NCBI GenBank assembly: GCA_046497275.1
Contig: JAWOFX010000088.1
Coordinates: forward strand, 60,001 to 92,000
Origin: Promethearchaeia archaeon
GTDB taxonomy: Archaea > Asgardarchaeota > Lokiarchaeia > Sigyniarchaeales > SOKP01
Reading direction: 5' to 3'
Length of the DNA: 32,000 nucleotides
This document shows positions 17,120 to 25,839 of this stretch, in pieces (the first letter of the stretch is position 1; each line of letters begins with the position of its first letter). Under the pieces are notes generated by a model, which saw nothing but the letters and a program-made list of their open reading frames with translations, ran no database searches and was not told where the DNA came from. The position numbers were made by a program, and so were the translations under genes.

Positions 17120-17126
17120 AAAAAAA

Positions 17127-18608
17127 ATGAAACGCTATTATCTCACAATATTGAGGATTTTAAATGCTCTTTTATTTGTATGGATTATATTCATTTTTCT
17201 TTCATTATTTGACTTTAGCGCAGTCTTAACAACCTCCGATAATGAATTAGTCATTTTAGATGTGATCTTATCTATCAAGAATCTCATAAGTTATGGCTTG
17301 TATTTTATTTTATATTTAATAGCTTATGGGATCGCCTTCATTATGGCGGGTTTATTCTCACCTTTTGCATTTTTTAATCTGAATTATACACTAACTTTTA
17401 TTCAGCAATTCTTTAAAAATTACTTAAGTGTATGGTTTTCTTTCCCCGGAGGGGCAGCTCCGGAATTATTTCAAGTTCCTCCCCTAATGTTGCAAGAATT
17501 ATTACTTTTTACAGAAGATTTTTATCTCCTTATTTTCCAAATTCTCTTCATAATCGCAATAATTTATCTAATTAGGGGAATCATTTCAAGTGATCCTAAA
17601 ATTAACATGAGGGCTTTAGGATGTTTAATCTTAATGATTGTCATTCCTCTCATAATTTTTGGATTTAGAGATATGTTAGCATTGTTTAATTTGGTAGAAC
17701 CATTTAATTCTCTTGGTATAATAAATTTAAACGAGTTGGCAGATCCTTTAAGTCCATTATTTGATAATCTCCCTATTGACAACTTTTTTGCATTCCTAGC
17801 AAGTCCTGTGGCCTTATTCGCTATTTTTAGCTATTTATATTTGGAACTTGCATTCCAAATAAATTATATAGACACAGTAACACGACCTTCATTAGAAAGA
17901 AGTGATAGGTTGGAAGCTCAGTTAAATTTACTAAGAAAAGAAGCGGGTCATATTACTGCAAACATTGATAAAATAAAAGAAGAGGCTAAGAAGAAAAAAG
18001 AAGAATTAGGGATTGAAAGAGAATCTATCGGAAAATTTTTGACTCAAAAAGACAAAAAATTTTCATATGTAAAAGAAATGATTGAAAAAAGAAAATTAGA
18101 GTCTGAAGAAAAGAAACTGGTGCGCGCAGCTTCAAAAACAAGAAGATTGGGAAGATATATAGAAAGGTTATTTAGAGAGGATTCTGAGGCAGAAGATACA
18201 ATTACTGCAAAATCCTCGGCACCTAGAGCAAGAAACCTAGCCATTTCAACAATATCAAATGCAGCATTTAGATTAATTATGTTAATTTTAATCAGTTTTA
18301 TTATAATACATCCGAAATGGTTTTTCAAAAATGTCTTTCAATTACCTCCAGCAATTACAGAAAGTGTCGCTACATTAAGTCCCGAAATAATTCTTATTCT
18401 ATTATTACCAATCATTTTATTATTTCCAGTAATTGGTAAAATTATCTCTTATATAAAACATAGAACTCTTGTGTTGAGATTAAAGCAAGAGGGAAAAATT
18501 AAAGAAATACTCGCTTCAGTGGGTGATTATGTGAAGAAAGAAGAGATACCAGAAGACCAGACTGAAGAAGAAATACCTTTTTCGGAAATTGCGACAGAAG
18601 CTACATAA
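17127..18608 (+). CDS. Polytopic membrane protein of unknown function with a charged coiled-coil loop
   Basis: Several hydrophobic helices at about aa 5-245, a Lys/Glu-rich helical region at about aa 255-360, two more TM helices, and an acidic tail. Confidence 0.75.
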   Translation: MKRYYLTILRILNALLFVWIIFIFLSLFDFSAVLTTSDNELVILDVILSIKNLISYGLYFILYLIAYGIAFIMAGLFSPFAFFNLNYTLTFIQQFFKNYLSVWFSFPGGAAPELFQVPPLMLQELLLFTEDFYLLIFQILFIIAIIYLIRGIISSDPKINMRALGCLILMIVIPLIIFGFRDMLALFNLVEPFNSLGIINLNELADPLSPLFDNLPIDNFFAFLASPVALFAIFSYLYLELAFQINYIDTVTRPSLERSDRLEAQLNLLRKEAGHITANIDKIKEEAKKKKEELGIERESIGKFLTQKDKKFSYVKEMIEKRKLESEEKKLVRAASKTRRLGRYIERLFREDSEAEDTITAKSSAPRARNLAISTISNAAFRLIMLILISFIIIHPKWFFKNVFQLPPAITESVATLSPEIILILLLPIILLFPVIGKIISYIKHRTLVLRLKQEGKIKEILASVGDYVKKEEIPEDQTEEEIPFSEIATEAT

Positions 18609-18622
18609 ATAAAATAAAAAAT

Positions 18623-19552
18623 CTATAATTCTAACATAAATCTAGCTAATTCCTTTTTTCTCTGAAGATTATTCATTAGAGTATTTGTTATAAAAACATT
18701 TATTCCTAAATCTTGAATCCTAGATTTCAGTTCTCTATCTTTATTATCAATAATGAAATTTCCTAAAAACGATTGATAATATTTTGCTACTCCGAAACAA
18801 GAAACTTCCAAGTTTGCCCATTTTAATAATTTATCTGCTGGACCTTTAACAGTTTCTCCAGCAATAATAGGGCTAATTCCATAAACCTTTTCTTTTACTT
18901 TACTTAGAGCTTCCTTTATTCCATTTACCTTTAATATTGTTCCAATGGAAACTATTGGGTTGGAGGGACAAATGATAATTCTCTTTGCTCTTTTTATTAA
19001 ATCTAAAGAAATATCAATAGGATTTGCATTCTTTATCCCTTTAAATTCCACATCTAGAATTTTTGGATTACATCCGTATTTTATATAATATTCTTCAAAA
19101 TGAATAAGTCCTACATTTGTTTTGATATATGTTTGTACCTTTTCATTACACATAGGCATTATTTTCGCTTCTACATCTAACTTATGACAAATTTTTTCAG
19201 TTATTTCTGATTTAGAAAATCCTTCAGAAAAGAGGTCGCTTCTATAGATATGAGTAGCTAAATCCTTATCACCCGCATTAAACCATGAAATATCATAAAA
19301 TTTGGATAATTCCTTTAAACAATGATAACTCTCATTTTGAAACCCCCAGCCTTTCTCTCTATCAATGACATTAGCTAAAGTATAAGTAATTATATCTAAA
19401 TCCGGACATATATAAAGTCCGAATAACTTTATATCATCGGCTGTATTTACTATGACTTTGATCCTTTTTTGATCGATTATATGAGCCAATCCATCAATAA
19501 ATTTAGCCGCACCTACACCTCCAGCTAATAAGAGATAAAAATCATCATTCAT
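18623..19552 (-). CDS. cofD: 2-phospho-L-lactate/phosphoenolpyruvate transferase (F420 biosynthesis, CofD/FbiA)
   Basis: AGGVGAAKF, VNTADD, ICPDLD, GDKDLATH and PSNPIVSI motifs. Confidence 0.95.
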   Translation of the reverse strand: MNDDFYLLLAGGVGAAKFIDGLAHIIDQKRIKVIVNTADDIKLFGLYICPDLDIITYTLANVIDREKGWGFQNESYHCLKELSKFYDISWFNAGDKDLATHIYRSDLFSEGFSKSEITEKICHKLDVEAKIMPMCNEKVQTYIKTNVGLIHFEEYYIKYGCNPKILDVEFKGIKNANPIDISLDLIKRAKRIIICPSNPIVSIGTILKVNGIKEALSKVKEKVYGISPIIAGETVKGPADKLLKWANLEVSCFGVAKYYQSFLGNFIIDNKDRELKSRIQDLGINVFITNTLMNNLQRKKELARFMLEL

Positions 19553-20969
19553 TTAAATTTTCACTTAATTTGTATATTATTTCTTCTAAATTCTTACGTT
19601 TGGGTCGTTTTTGTAATTCTTTGGGATATCCTACAGTAATAAAGGCCATAGGATCAAACTCTTTAGGGAGTTTAAGTATTCTTTTAACTTGCTTTTTTGC
19701 AAATAAGGGAGCACAGTACCAAGAACCAGCTAAACCTTCAGATTCCATTGCTAATAGTAAATATATCGCAGATGTACTTATGCTTTGAACACCTAATAAA
19801 TATTCATTTTGTAATCTTTTTTTATCAGGATAACTTTCCAAATCTGATTTATCTAAACATAATAATATTAAGATTGGAGCTTTTAGAAAACACTTTTTTG
19901 TTTTATCTATTTTATTATTGATAAATTTGGTAGATTTCCCATCTCTGCTTAAATCTTCCCTTAATTTTTCATTCATTTTATCAATTAAAATTTTTCTTGT
20001 TTTCCCTCTCTCTAAAACAATATATCTCCAGAATTGTCCATTATGAGCACTGGGAGCCCATCGAGAAAGATCGATACATTTTTTTACTAAATCTATATTA
20101 ACTGGTTTCTCTAAAAAATCTAATTTATAACTTCTTCTATTCATTAAGATTTTTTTTATATCTTCATTATTTGCTTTCCTAAAAAGATCCTTACTCTTTT
20201 CTCTTAGAATTGAGTTAATTGAAACATCCTCTTTAATCTTATAATTATATCCCTTTATCAAGACAATGGGTATTGCTTCATCTGATTCTCCCATAACTAA
20301 TTGAGCTGCAGCTGCAAGACTGTCTATTTGTCCTATTATAGTGGTTTTTAGCTCTTTTTCATACAAATCTTTTTCCCCTCTCTTATCTAATATGGGGGAC
20401 ATTCCGGATACACCAATAGCAGTCCCCACAGATCCAATCCTAAAAGATCTTCCAAAGGAATCAGAAATAATTACTGCTAAATTTTTATTAGTTTTATTTT
20501 GGATATAGTGTCTAATTTTTCTTGCCTCATTGTCTGGATCATTGGGTAGGAGAGAGATCTTGTTATTTCCTTCCACATTGGATTTATCAATCCCAGCATC
20601 AGCACAAACAAAACCATGTTTCGTTTCGGTGATAAGGACATGTTCTGATTTTATTATTCTGTTTGATTCATCGAGTATTGCTTGTATTAGTTCTGGATTC
20701 TTGATGGGTAAATTAGCCCTTTTGCTTTTTTTTTTGATACTATGATAAATATCAAATGCTCTTTCACTTGGGTGTATTTTATTTAAATCTTTTATTAAAC
20801 CAAGACTTTTTGACACAATTATTTGCGCAATGACTAAAATATCTCCATTATCTAGAAAAACCTCATTTTTAGTTAAGCCTTCTATAATAAGCTCTGCAAT
20901 ATTATCCCCCTCTTTAATTAAGGGAATACCAGTGATTCCAATTAACTCAATACTATTTTTTTTTTGCAT
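19545..20969 (-). CDS. cofE: Coenzyme F420-0:L-glutamate ligase fused to a C-terminal nitroreductase domain (FbiB-type)
   Basis: CofE motifs GIPLIKEGD, CADAGIDKSN, ISDSFGRSFRIG and GESDEAIP; nitroreductase motifs RRSY...APSAHNGQFWRY and DPMAFITVGYP. Confidence 0.93.
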   Translation of the reverse strand: MQKKNSIELIGITGIPLIKEGDNIAELIIEGLTKNEVFLDNGDILVIAQIIVSKSLGLIKDLNKIHPSERAFDIYHSIKKKSKRANLPIKNPELIQAILDESNRIIKSEHVLITETKHGFVCADAGIDKSNVEGNNKISLLPNDPDNEARKIRHYIQNKTNKNLAVIISDSFGRSFRIGSVGTAIGVSGMSPILDKRGEKDLYEKELKTTIIGQIDSLAAAAQLVMGESDEAIPIVLIKGYNYKIKEDVSINSILREKSKDLFRKANNEDIKKILMNRRSYKLDFLEKPVNIDLVKKCIDLSRWAPSAHNGQFWRYIVLERGKTRKILIDKMNEKLREDLSRDGKSTKFINNKIDKTKKCFLKAPILILLCLDKSDLESYPDKKRLQNEYLLGVQSISTSAIYLLLAMESEGLAGSWYCAPLFAKKQVKRILKLPKEFDPMAFITVGYPKELQKRPKRKNLEEIIYKLSENLNE

Positions 20970-21085
20970 ATCATTATTAAATTTTAAAATTAAGGTTTGA
21001 TAAAATTATGAATTAAATCATCTAAAATAATAGCATATTTTAAGGCAAAATGATTCTTTTCACAATTTTCTTTAAAAAGATTTAT

Positions 21086-21101
21086 TTTTTTCATGAAAAA
21101 A
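21086..21101. terminator. Candidate T-rich terminator / palindrome downstream of lipS1
   Basis: Perfect 16-bp palindrome TTTTTTCATGAAAAAA, 17 bp after the lipS1 stop, giving a T-run on both strands. Confidence 0.3.
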
Positions 21102-21118
21102 TCTTTCTTTAATAATTC

Positions 21119-22174
21119 TTAAATTCTTAAGTATTTATTTAGTTTTTTTCTTTTCATTTGGGCTTTCTCCTCATAATAGTCAGGTATAGCACAACAAGCA
21201 GAATAATATTTCAATTTCATCTCTGGAAAATTATTGTTTATCCATTTCAAAGTTTTTCTCGAAGGCATTTCAATTCGAGTTATTCCTGCTAAAATTGCCT
21301 TCTTCTCAATATTTTCACGTATTTTACCTCTTGGTCTCATGCAACCTAATGAAATTTCTTTATTGGGAAATATGAAACGTGTTAATGCAATTATTTTTGC
21401 AATATCATACTTACTAGGGGTTTTGAATTTTTTTTTTGAATTTTTGGGAGGAATAAGAGCAATTAAGACGATTATTGAGGGGTCTAAACCTATTTTTTTA
21501 ATAAACCTAATACAATCTAATTCTTTACTAATATTTCCGTAATGTAGACCTACACAGATATGAGGAATAACGTTTAAATTATATCTTTGAAATATTTTAA
21601 CTGCTTCTTTATAATCCTCTGGTTTTTTATTTAGGTGATAAATATTTTGAATAATTTCGGGATCAATATTGATATCAAATGAAATTATATCCACCTGAGC
21701 TTCTACTAATTTCTTAGCTGTCAGATCATTTAATAATCCGGTATGTATATTTATTATCAAGTCTGTTTCTTTTTTGATTTTTTTAATCGTATCAAGAAAG
21801 TCCAATAAAGGCACGGATCCGTCTTTCAAACATCCACCTGATATTAATGCTCCAACGCCTCCCTTTTTATCATGATTCTTTAAATATTCATATAGTTTAT
21901 CATTTGTGGTTAGACCTTTCATTCCTCTCAAATACTTTTTATTACAATGCTCACAATTTAATTCACAGTAATCTCCAGTGATACTTATAGCTGGATATCT
22001 ATCATTTGGCACATAAACTTTTAAAAGATCCCCAAAATATTTTCTTTTCTTTTCTAAAGCAATTTCCAAAAATGGGTCAACTAATTCATCTTGAATTTTT
22101 ATAAATTCTGAAAAATCTCTCCAAGATGCTTCATTTCGCTGAATTTTTGATATCAAATCTTCATTATTATTCAT
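21119..22174 (-). CDS. lipS1: Radical SAM lipoyl synthase subunit LipS1
   Basis: CELNCEHC (CxxxCxxC) plus GCMR and CC (SACC), the motifs described for Thermococcus kodakarensis LipS1; adjacent to a lipoate ligase gene. Confidence 0.8.
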   Translation of the reverse strand: MNNNEDLISKIQRNEASWRDFSEFIKIQDELVDPFLEIALEKKRKYFGDLLKVYVPNDRYPAISITGDYCELNCEHCNKKYLRGMKGLTTNDKLYEYLKNHDKKGGVGALISGGCLKDGSVPLLDFLDTIKKIKKETDLIINIHTGLLNDLTAKKLVEAQVDIISFDINIDPEIIQNIYHLNKKPEDYKEAVKIFQRYNLNVIPHICVGLHYGNISKELDCIRFIKKIGLDPSIIVLIALIPPKNSKKKFKTPSKYDIAKIIALTRFIFPNKEISLGCMRPRGKIRENIEKKAILAGITRIEMPSRKTLKWINNNFPEMKLKYYSACCAIPDYYEEKAQMKRKKLNKYLRI

Positions 22175-22946
22175 ATTTTCTCAACCATTTATCTTGATTA
22201 TATTTCTCTGCAACGAGTTTTTTCGCCAAATTTAACTCATAATCAGAAAAATCTCCTTCTTGAAGATCAATTTGGAATATTTTTTCAAACCCATTTTTTA
22301 AGAATTTTATAAATTTCAATTCTTCATAATTTTGAATTTTATCTTGAATTCCTACACATTTGGCTCTTACAGATCTCACCATTTTGTTCTTAGAAACATT
22401 AGGAGGAGTTTTTAACACAGAATACATCAATTCGGGATCAATTTTTAATAATATCGTTCCATGCTGAAGTAAATAACCCTTTCTCCTTGCTTGAGCGTTT
22501 CCTGAAAATTTTTTACCATCTAAAAATATTGCTGGACAATGAATAATACCTTTTTCTGATTCTAATCCGTACATGTTTAAAGCTTCAATAATCCCTTGAT
22601 TTATAAGTTCGAATTGTTCCAAAACTTTATAAGCATTAAGATTTTTTAAAAATCTAATTGAACACACAATAGAATATGTTATCTCTCTCTTAGAATCATG
22701 AAAGACAGCTCCCCCTCCAGTAATTCTTCTCACAATATTAAAACCCCTTTTATTACAAAAATCCTCATCCACTTCATCTTTAAGACTTTGATTTCTTCCA
22801 ATGGAGGCGGTCGATGGATTCCATTTATAAAACCTAATTGTATAGGGGGATTTTTTTTGAATTATTGCTTCTAAAATCGCTTCATCTAAAGCCATATTCC
22901 ACAAACCATTTCTAATTTTTAACGGAATAAATCTCCATTGTTTCAT
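22167..22946 (-). CDS. lplA: Lipoate/octanoate-protein ligase catalytic domain (LplA/LipM family)
   Basis: NMALDEA, RFYKW, IGRNQ, RRITGGGAVFHD, KKFSGNAQ and LQHGTIL motifs; no fused LplB domain. Confidence 0.88.
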   Translation of the reverse strand: MKQWRFIPLKIRNGLWNMALDEAILEAIIQKKSPYTIRFYKWNPSTASIGRNQSLKDEVDEDFCNKRGFNIVRRITGGGAVFHDSKREITYSIVCSIRFLKNLNAYKVLEQFELINQGIIEALNMYGLESEKGIIHCPAIFLDGKKFSGNAQARRKGYLLQHGTILLKIDPELMYSVLKTPPNVSKNKMVRSVRAKCVGIQDKIQNYEELKFIKFLKNGFEKIFQIDLQEGDFSDYELNLAKKLVAEKYNQDKWLRKYE

Positions 22947-22954
22947 TGTTATTC

Positions 22955-23959
22955 TCAGAAATTTGTAAAATTTTTTAGTTGATTGTATATTTGTTCTCTT
23001 TCTTTTTGATTTAATTTTCGTGGGAAATTATATATCGGTCCCGACGGTTTTGATGTATAATAAGGTCTATTACAATCTGGACACCCAGTTGTCATGAAAG
23101 CTACACTTTCGTCGATGATAAATCGCAAATCATTTTTATTTATATTAAAATTGATTATCTCTCCCTTATTATTAAATGTTATATCTCTTAGATTTTTATC
23201 ATCATTAATTAGTAAATATCTGCCTAATTGACATTTCCTAAAATCTAATATTGTTGGTTGCTCCAAATGTTCTAATTTCGTTCCTTTGATGGGCATAAAC
23301 GCAAATAAAGCGGGTGTAATACTATATTTTTTTAATTGATTAATTAATTCCATGATCTCTTTCTGTGTATCTCCTAATCCCACTATTATATGTGTGGATA
23401 TAGTACCTTCGCTAAATATCTTTGTCGATTCAATTAAAACATCATAATGATCTCCCCAATTATATGGACTGTTTACAGAATTCCCTTTTACTCTTTCAAA
23501 TGTTTTTTCGGTAGCAGCATCTAATGCAATTCCAACTCTTTGAACCCCTAAAATCTTAAGTTCTCGGAGCTTCTCCATCTTCATTGGAGGGATAGCAATA
23601 GATATAGGAATAGAAGTTTCTTTCTTTATTTCTGAGACAATTTCAACCAAATCTTTAAAATTTTGAGGATAATTGAGAGTTTGGACGCATATTCTTTTAA
23701 ATCTTTTTGAAGGGGTCATATATTTCAATTTAGTAAGAAAATCTATAAATGGATAAATGGGCCAGCTTACTCGAGAGAGTTTATCTAATGAGGAATTAGA
23801 ACTACGTGCTTGAGGGCAGAAACCACAATTTGCTGCACATCGTCCTTTAATATAAGTCATTATATAACAAGTTGTCGGAGAATCTTTGATTTTAATGCTT
23901 GAAGATAATCCTAGCTTCACAGCACTTCCAATACTTACCCTTATTTTATTTACATCCAT
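22955..23959 (-). CDS. lipS2: Radical SAM lipoyl synthase subunit LipS2
   Basis: CAANCGFC (CxxxCxxC), LSRVSWP, and the LipS2 signature TxGCPxCNRP (TTGCPDCNRP). Confidence 0.83.
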   Translation of the reverse strand: MDVNKIRVSIGSAVKLGLSSSIKIKDSPTTCYIMTYIKGRCAANCGFCPQARSSNSSLDKLSRVSWPIYPFIDFLTKLKYMTPSKRFKRICVQTLNYPQNFKDLVEIVSEIKKETSIPISIAIPPMKMEKLRELKILGVQRVGIALDAATEKTFERVKGNSVNSPYNWGDHYDVLIESTKIFSEGTISTHIIVGLGDTQKEIMELINQLKKYSITPALFAFMPIKGTKLEHLEQPTILDFRKCQLGRYLLINDDKNLRDITFNNKGEIINFNINKNDLRFIIDESVAFMTTGCPDCNRPYYTSKPSGPIYNFPRKLNQKEREQIYNQLKNFTNF

Positions 23960-24023
23960 TGCTTTAGTATAATTTCTTCATAAAGTTAAGTTTTTTTCAT
24001 AAATTTCATAATTTTTAATTAAT

Positions 24024-25115
24024 ATGAACATTATTTACATCGTTAATTTTTACATTTATAAGAACTTGACTTCATTACCTACTGTAGGGGGAATAGAGGT
24101 CACCACTTTAGATATTATTCAAGAACTAAGAAATAGAGGACATAACGTTTGGGTCCCCTCAGAACAAGAACAACCAAATTGGGTTGATCAAGAAAATGTT
24201 GATATAATTTGCTCCTCTAGTTTCGATCCAATTACTTTTTTTCAAGTTATCATGTATAAAAATAAATATAAAAAAACTGCCGCCGTTGTTCAACACGCTC
24301 ACACAACATATGAGGATTTAAAAGGAAATATTTTACCAGATAACGTATTTTTCAATAAATTATTAAAATTATGGGTCAGAATCTTATACAGTCAAGCACA
24401 TTTGTTAATAACACCCAGTGATTATGCAAGAAAATGTTTAGAAGCAATACAAAAAACTAGAACATATCCCATTTGGTCAGTCAGTAGTGGTATAATTATT
24501 GAAAAATTTGAAAAAGATAATGGATATGGCTTAAAATTCAGGAAATATCTTAAAAAAAATTATGGTATTCCTTTAGATGCAACGATTATTTTGAATGTTG
24601 GTTTAACCTGGAAAAGAAAACGAGTAGATATTTTTGGAAAAGTAGCAGAAAGATTCCCAAATTATTATTTTGTATGGGTAGGACCCATAAATGATAACCC
24701 CGATGTGGAGGATGTCTCAAAATTAGATAATGTTATATTTACGGGTTTTTATGATGATATACGTGAACCTTATTACGGCTCGGATGTTTTATTAGTTCCT
24801 ACTGATGAGGAAAATTTATGCTTACCGTTAATCGAAGCATCTCTATGCAAATTACCCGTGGTCGCACGCGATATTCCTGCATTCGATTGGTTAGAGCATG
24901 AAATTTCTGCATATAAAGGAAATGAACTTGAAGATTTTACAGAAGGTATAAAAAAAATCATTAAAACCAGAGAATTTAAACAAAAATTAGTTGAAAATGC
25001 ATGTGAAACTGCAAAGAATAAACACGATTTCAGTGAAACTGTTGACACAATTGAGGATTATTTCAATAAAGCGTTATTAATTAAAAAAGTCTGGGATAGA
25101 AAAAGAAGGAAATAA
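24024..25115 (+). CDS. GT-B family 4 glycosyltransferase
   Basis: GGIE near the N-terminus, HAHTTYED, LITPSDY, and the ENLCLPLIEA...PVVARDIP nucleotide-sugar-binding motif. Confidence 0.88.
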   Translation: MNIIYIVNFYIYKNLTSLPTVGGIEVTTLDIIQELRNRGHNVWVPSEQEQPNWVDQENVDIICSSSFDPITFFQVIMYKNKYKKTAAVVQHAHTTYEDLKGNILPDNVFFNKLLKLWVRILYSQAHLLITPSDYARKCLEAIQKTRTYPIWSVSSGIIIEKFEKDNGYGLKFRKYLKKNYGIPLDATIILNVGLTWKRKRVDIFGKVAERFPNYYFVWVGPINDNPDVEDVSKLDNVIFTGFYDDIREPYYGSDVLLVPTDEENLCLPLIEASLCKLPVVARDIPAFDWLEHEISAYKGNELEDFTEGIKKIIKTREFKQKLVENACETAKNKHDFSETVDTIEDYFNKALLIKKVWDRKRRK

Positions 25116-25129
25116 TTTTGACCCAAACT

Positions 25130-25621
25130 TTAAAAGTTATTGACTGAACTCTCTCCTTTTAATTGTTTTAGTGTCTTTTCCAGTATTTCTATTACTCTCT
25201 GTTTATATGATAGTTGTTCTGGATATTTATAGCTAAAATGTTTCCAATGCGGTCTTTGATGCCCTATTTTAAATTTAAGCCCTTTCATCGTCGTCATATA
25301 GGAATTTGAATCTAATTTTTCTGCAATTTGATCTGCGATTATATACCAATGATATTTTGTTCCAATAGATGCTCCACTATTAATAGGAGACTTATGATAT
25401 CTTCTTTTAATAGAATTAAAAGTTATATTCCATTTTTCTGGAGAGGTTTTCACTTCATACCATTTCCCATTATCATAATTCCAATAATGTTTACCACCAA
25501 CTCGCATTCCTGTATATGTCTTACCTTTATATTTTTTTAATGTGTTGTATTCTTTATTGTCAAATTTTTCTTTGAATTCATTTGAATTTAGAAAATGAGT
25601 AATTTCATATTCTTCCGACAT
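25130..25621 (-). CDS. Conserved-looking hypothetical protein (basic, aromatic-rich)
   Basis: 163-aa ORF fills the intergenic space, with a non-random motif YTGMRVGGKHYWNYDNGKW...GTKYHWYIIADQ. Confidence 0.75.
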   Translation of the reverse strand: MSEEYEITHFLNSNEFKEKFDNKEYNTLKKYKGKTYTGMRVGGKHYWNYDNGKWYEVKTSPEKWNITFNSIKRRYHKSPINSGASIGTKYHWYIIADQIAEKLDSNSYMTTMKGLKFKIGHQRPHWKHFSYKYPEQLSYKQRVIEILEKTLKQLKGESSVNNF

Positions 25622-25839
25622 AATTTAAAAGAAAATTTCAAATTTTAAAAAGTCTAAGAGAGCTTAAATTTAGTAAAAAATATTTTAGAATGAAAAAATA
25701 GAAAGATTTTATTGAAATATGGATTAATCTATTATTCTTTTTAATAATAGATTCTTTTTTTCGAAAAAAATTTATTCCAGATTGTATTTACTCAATAAAT
25801 ATTATTATTGGCTAATCTAAGAGAAAATATTTGTAGTAG

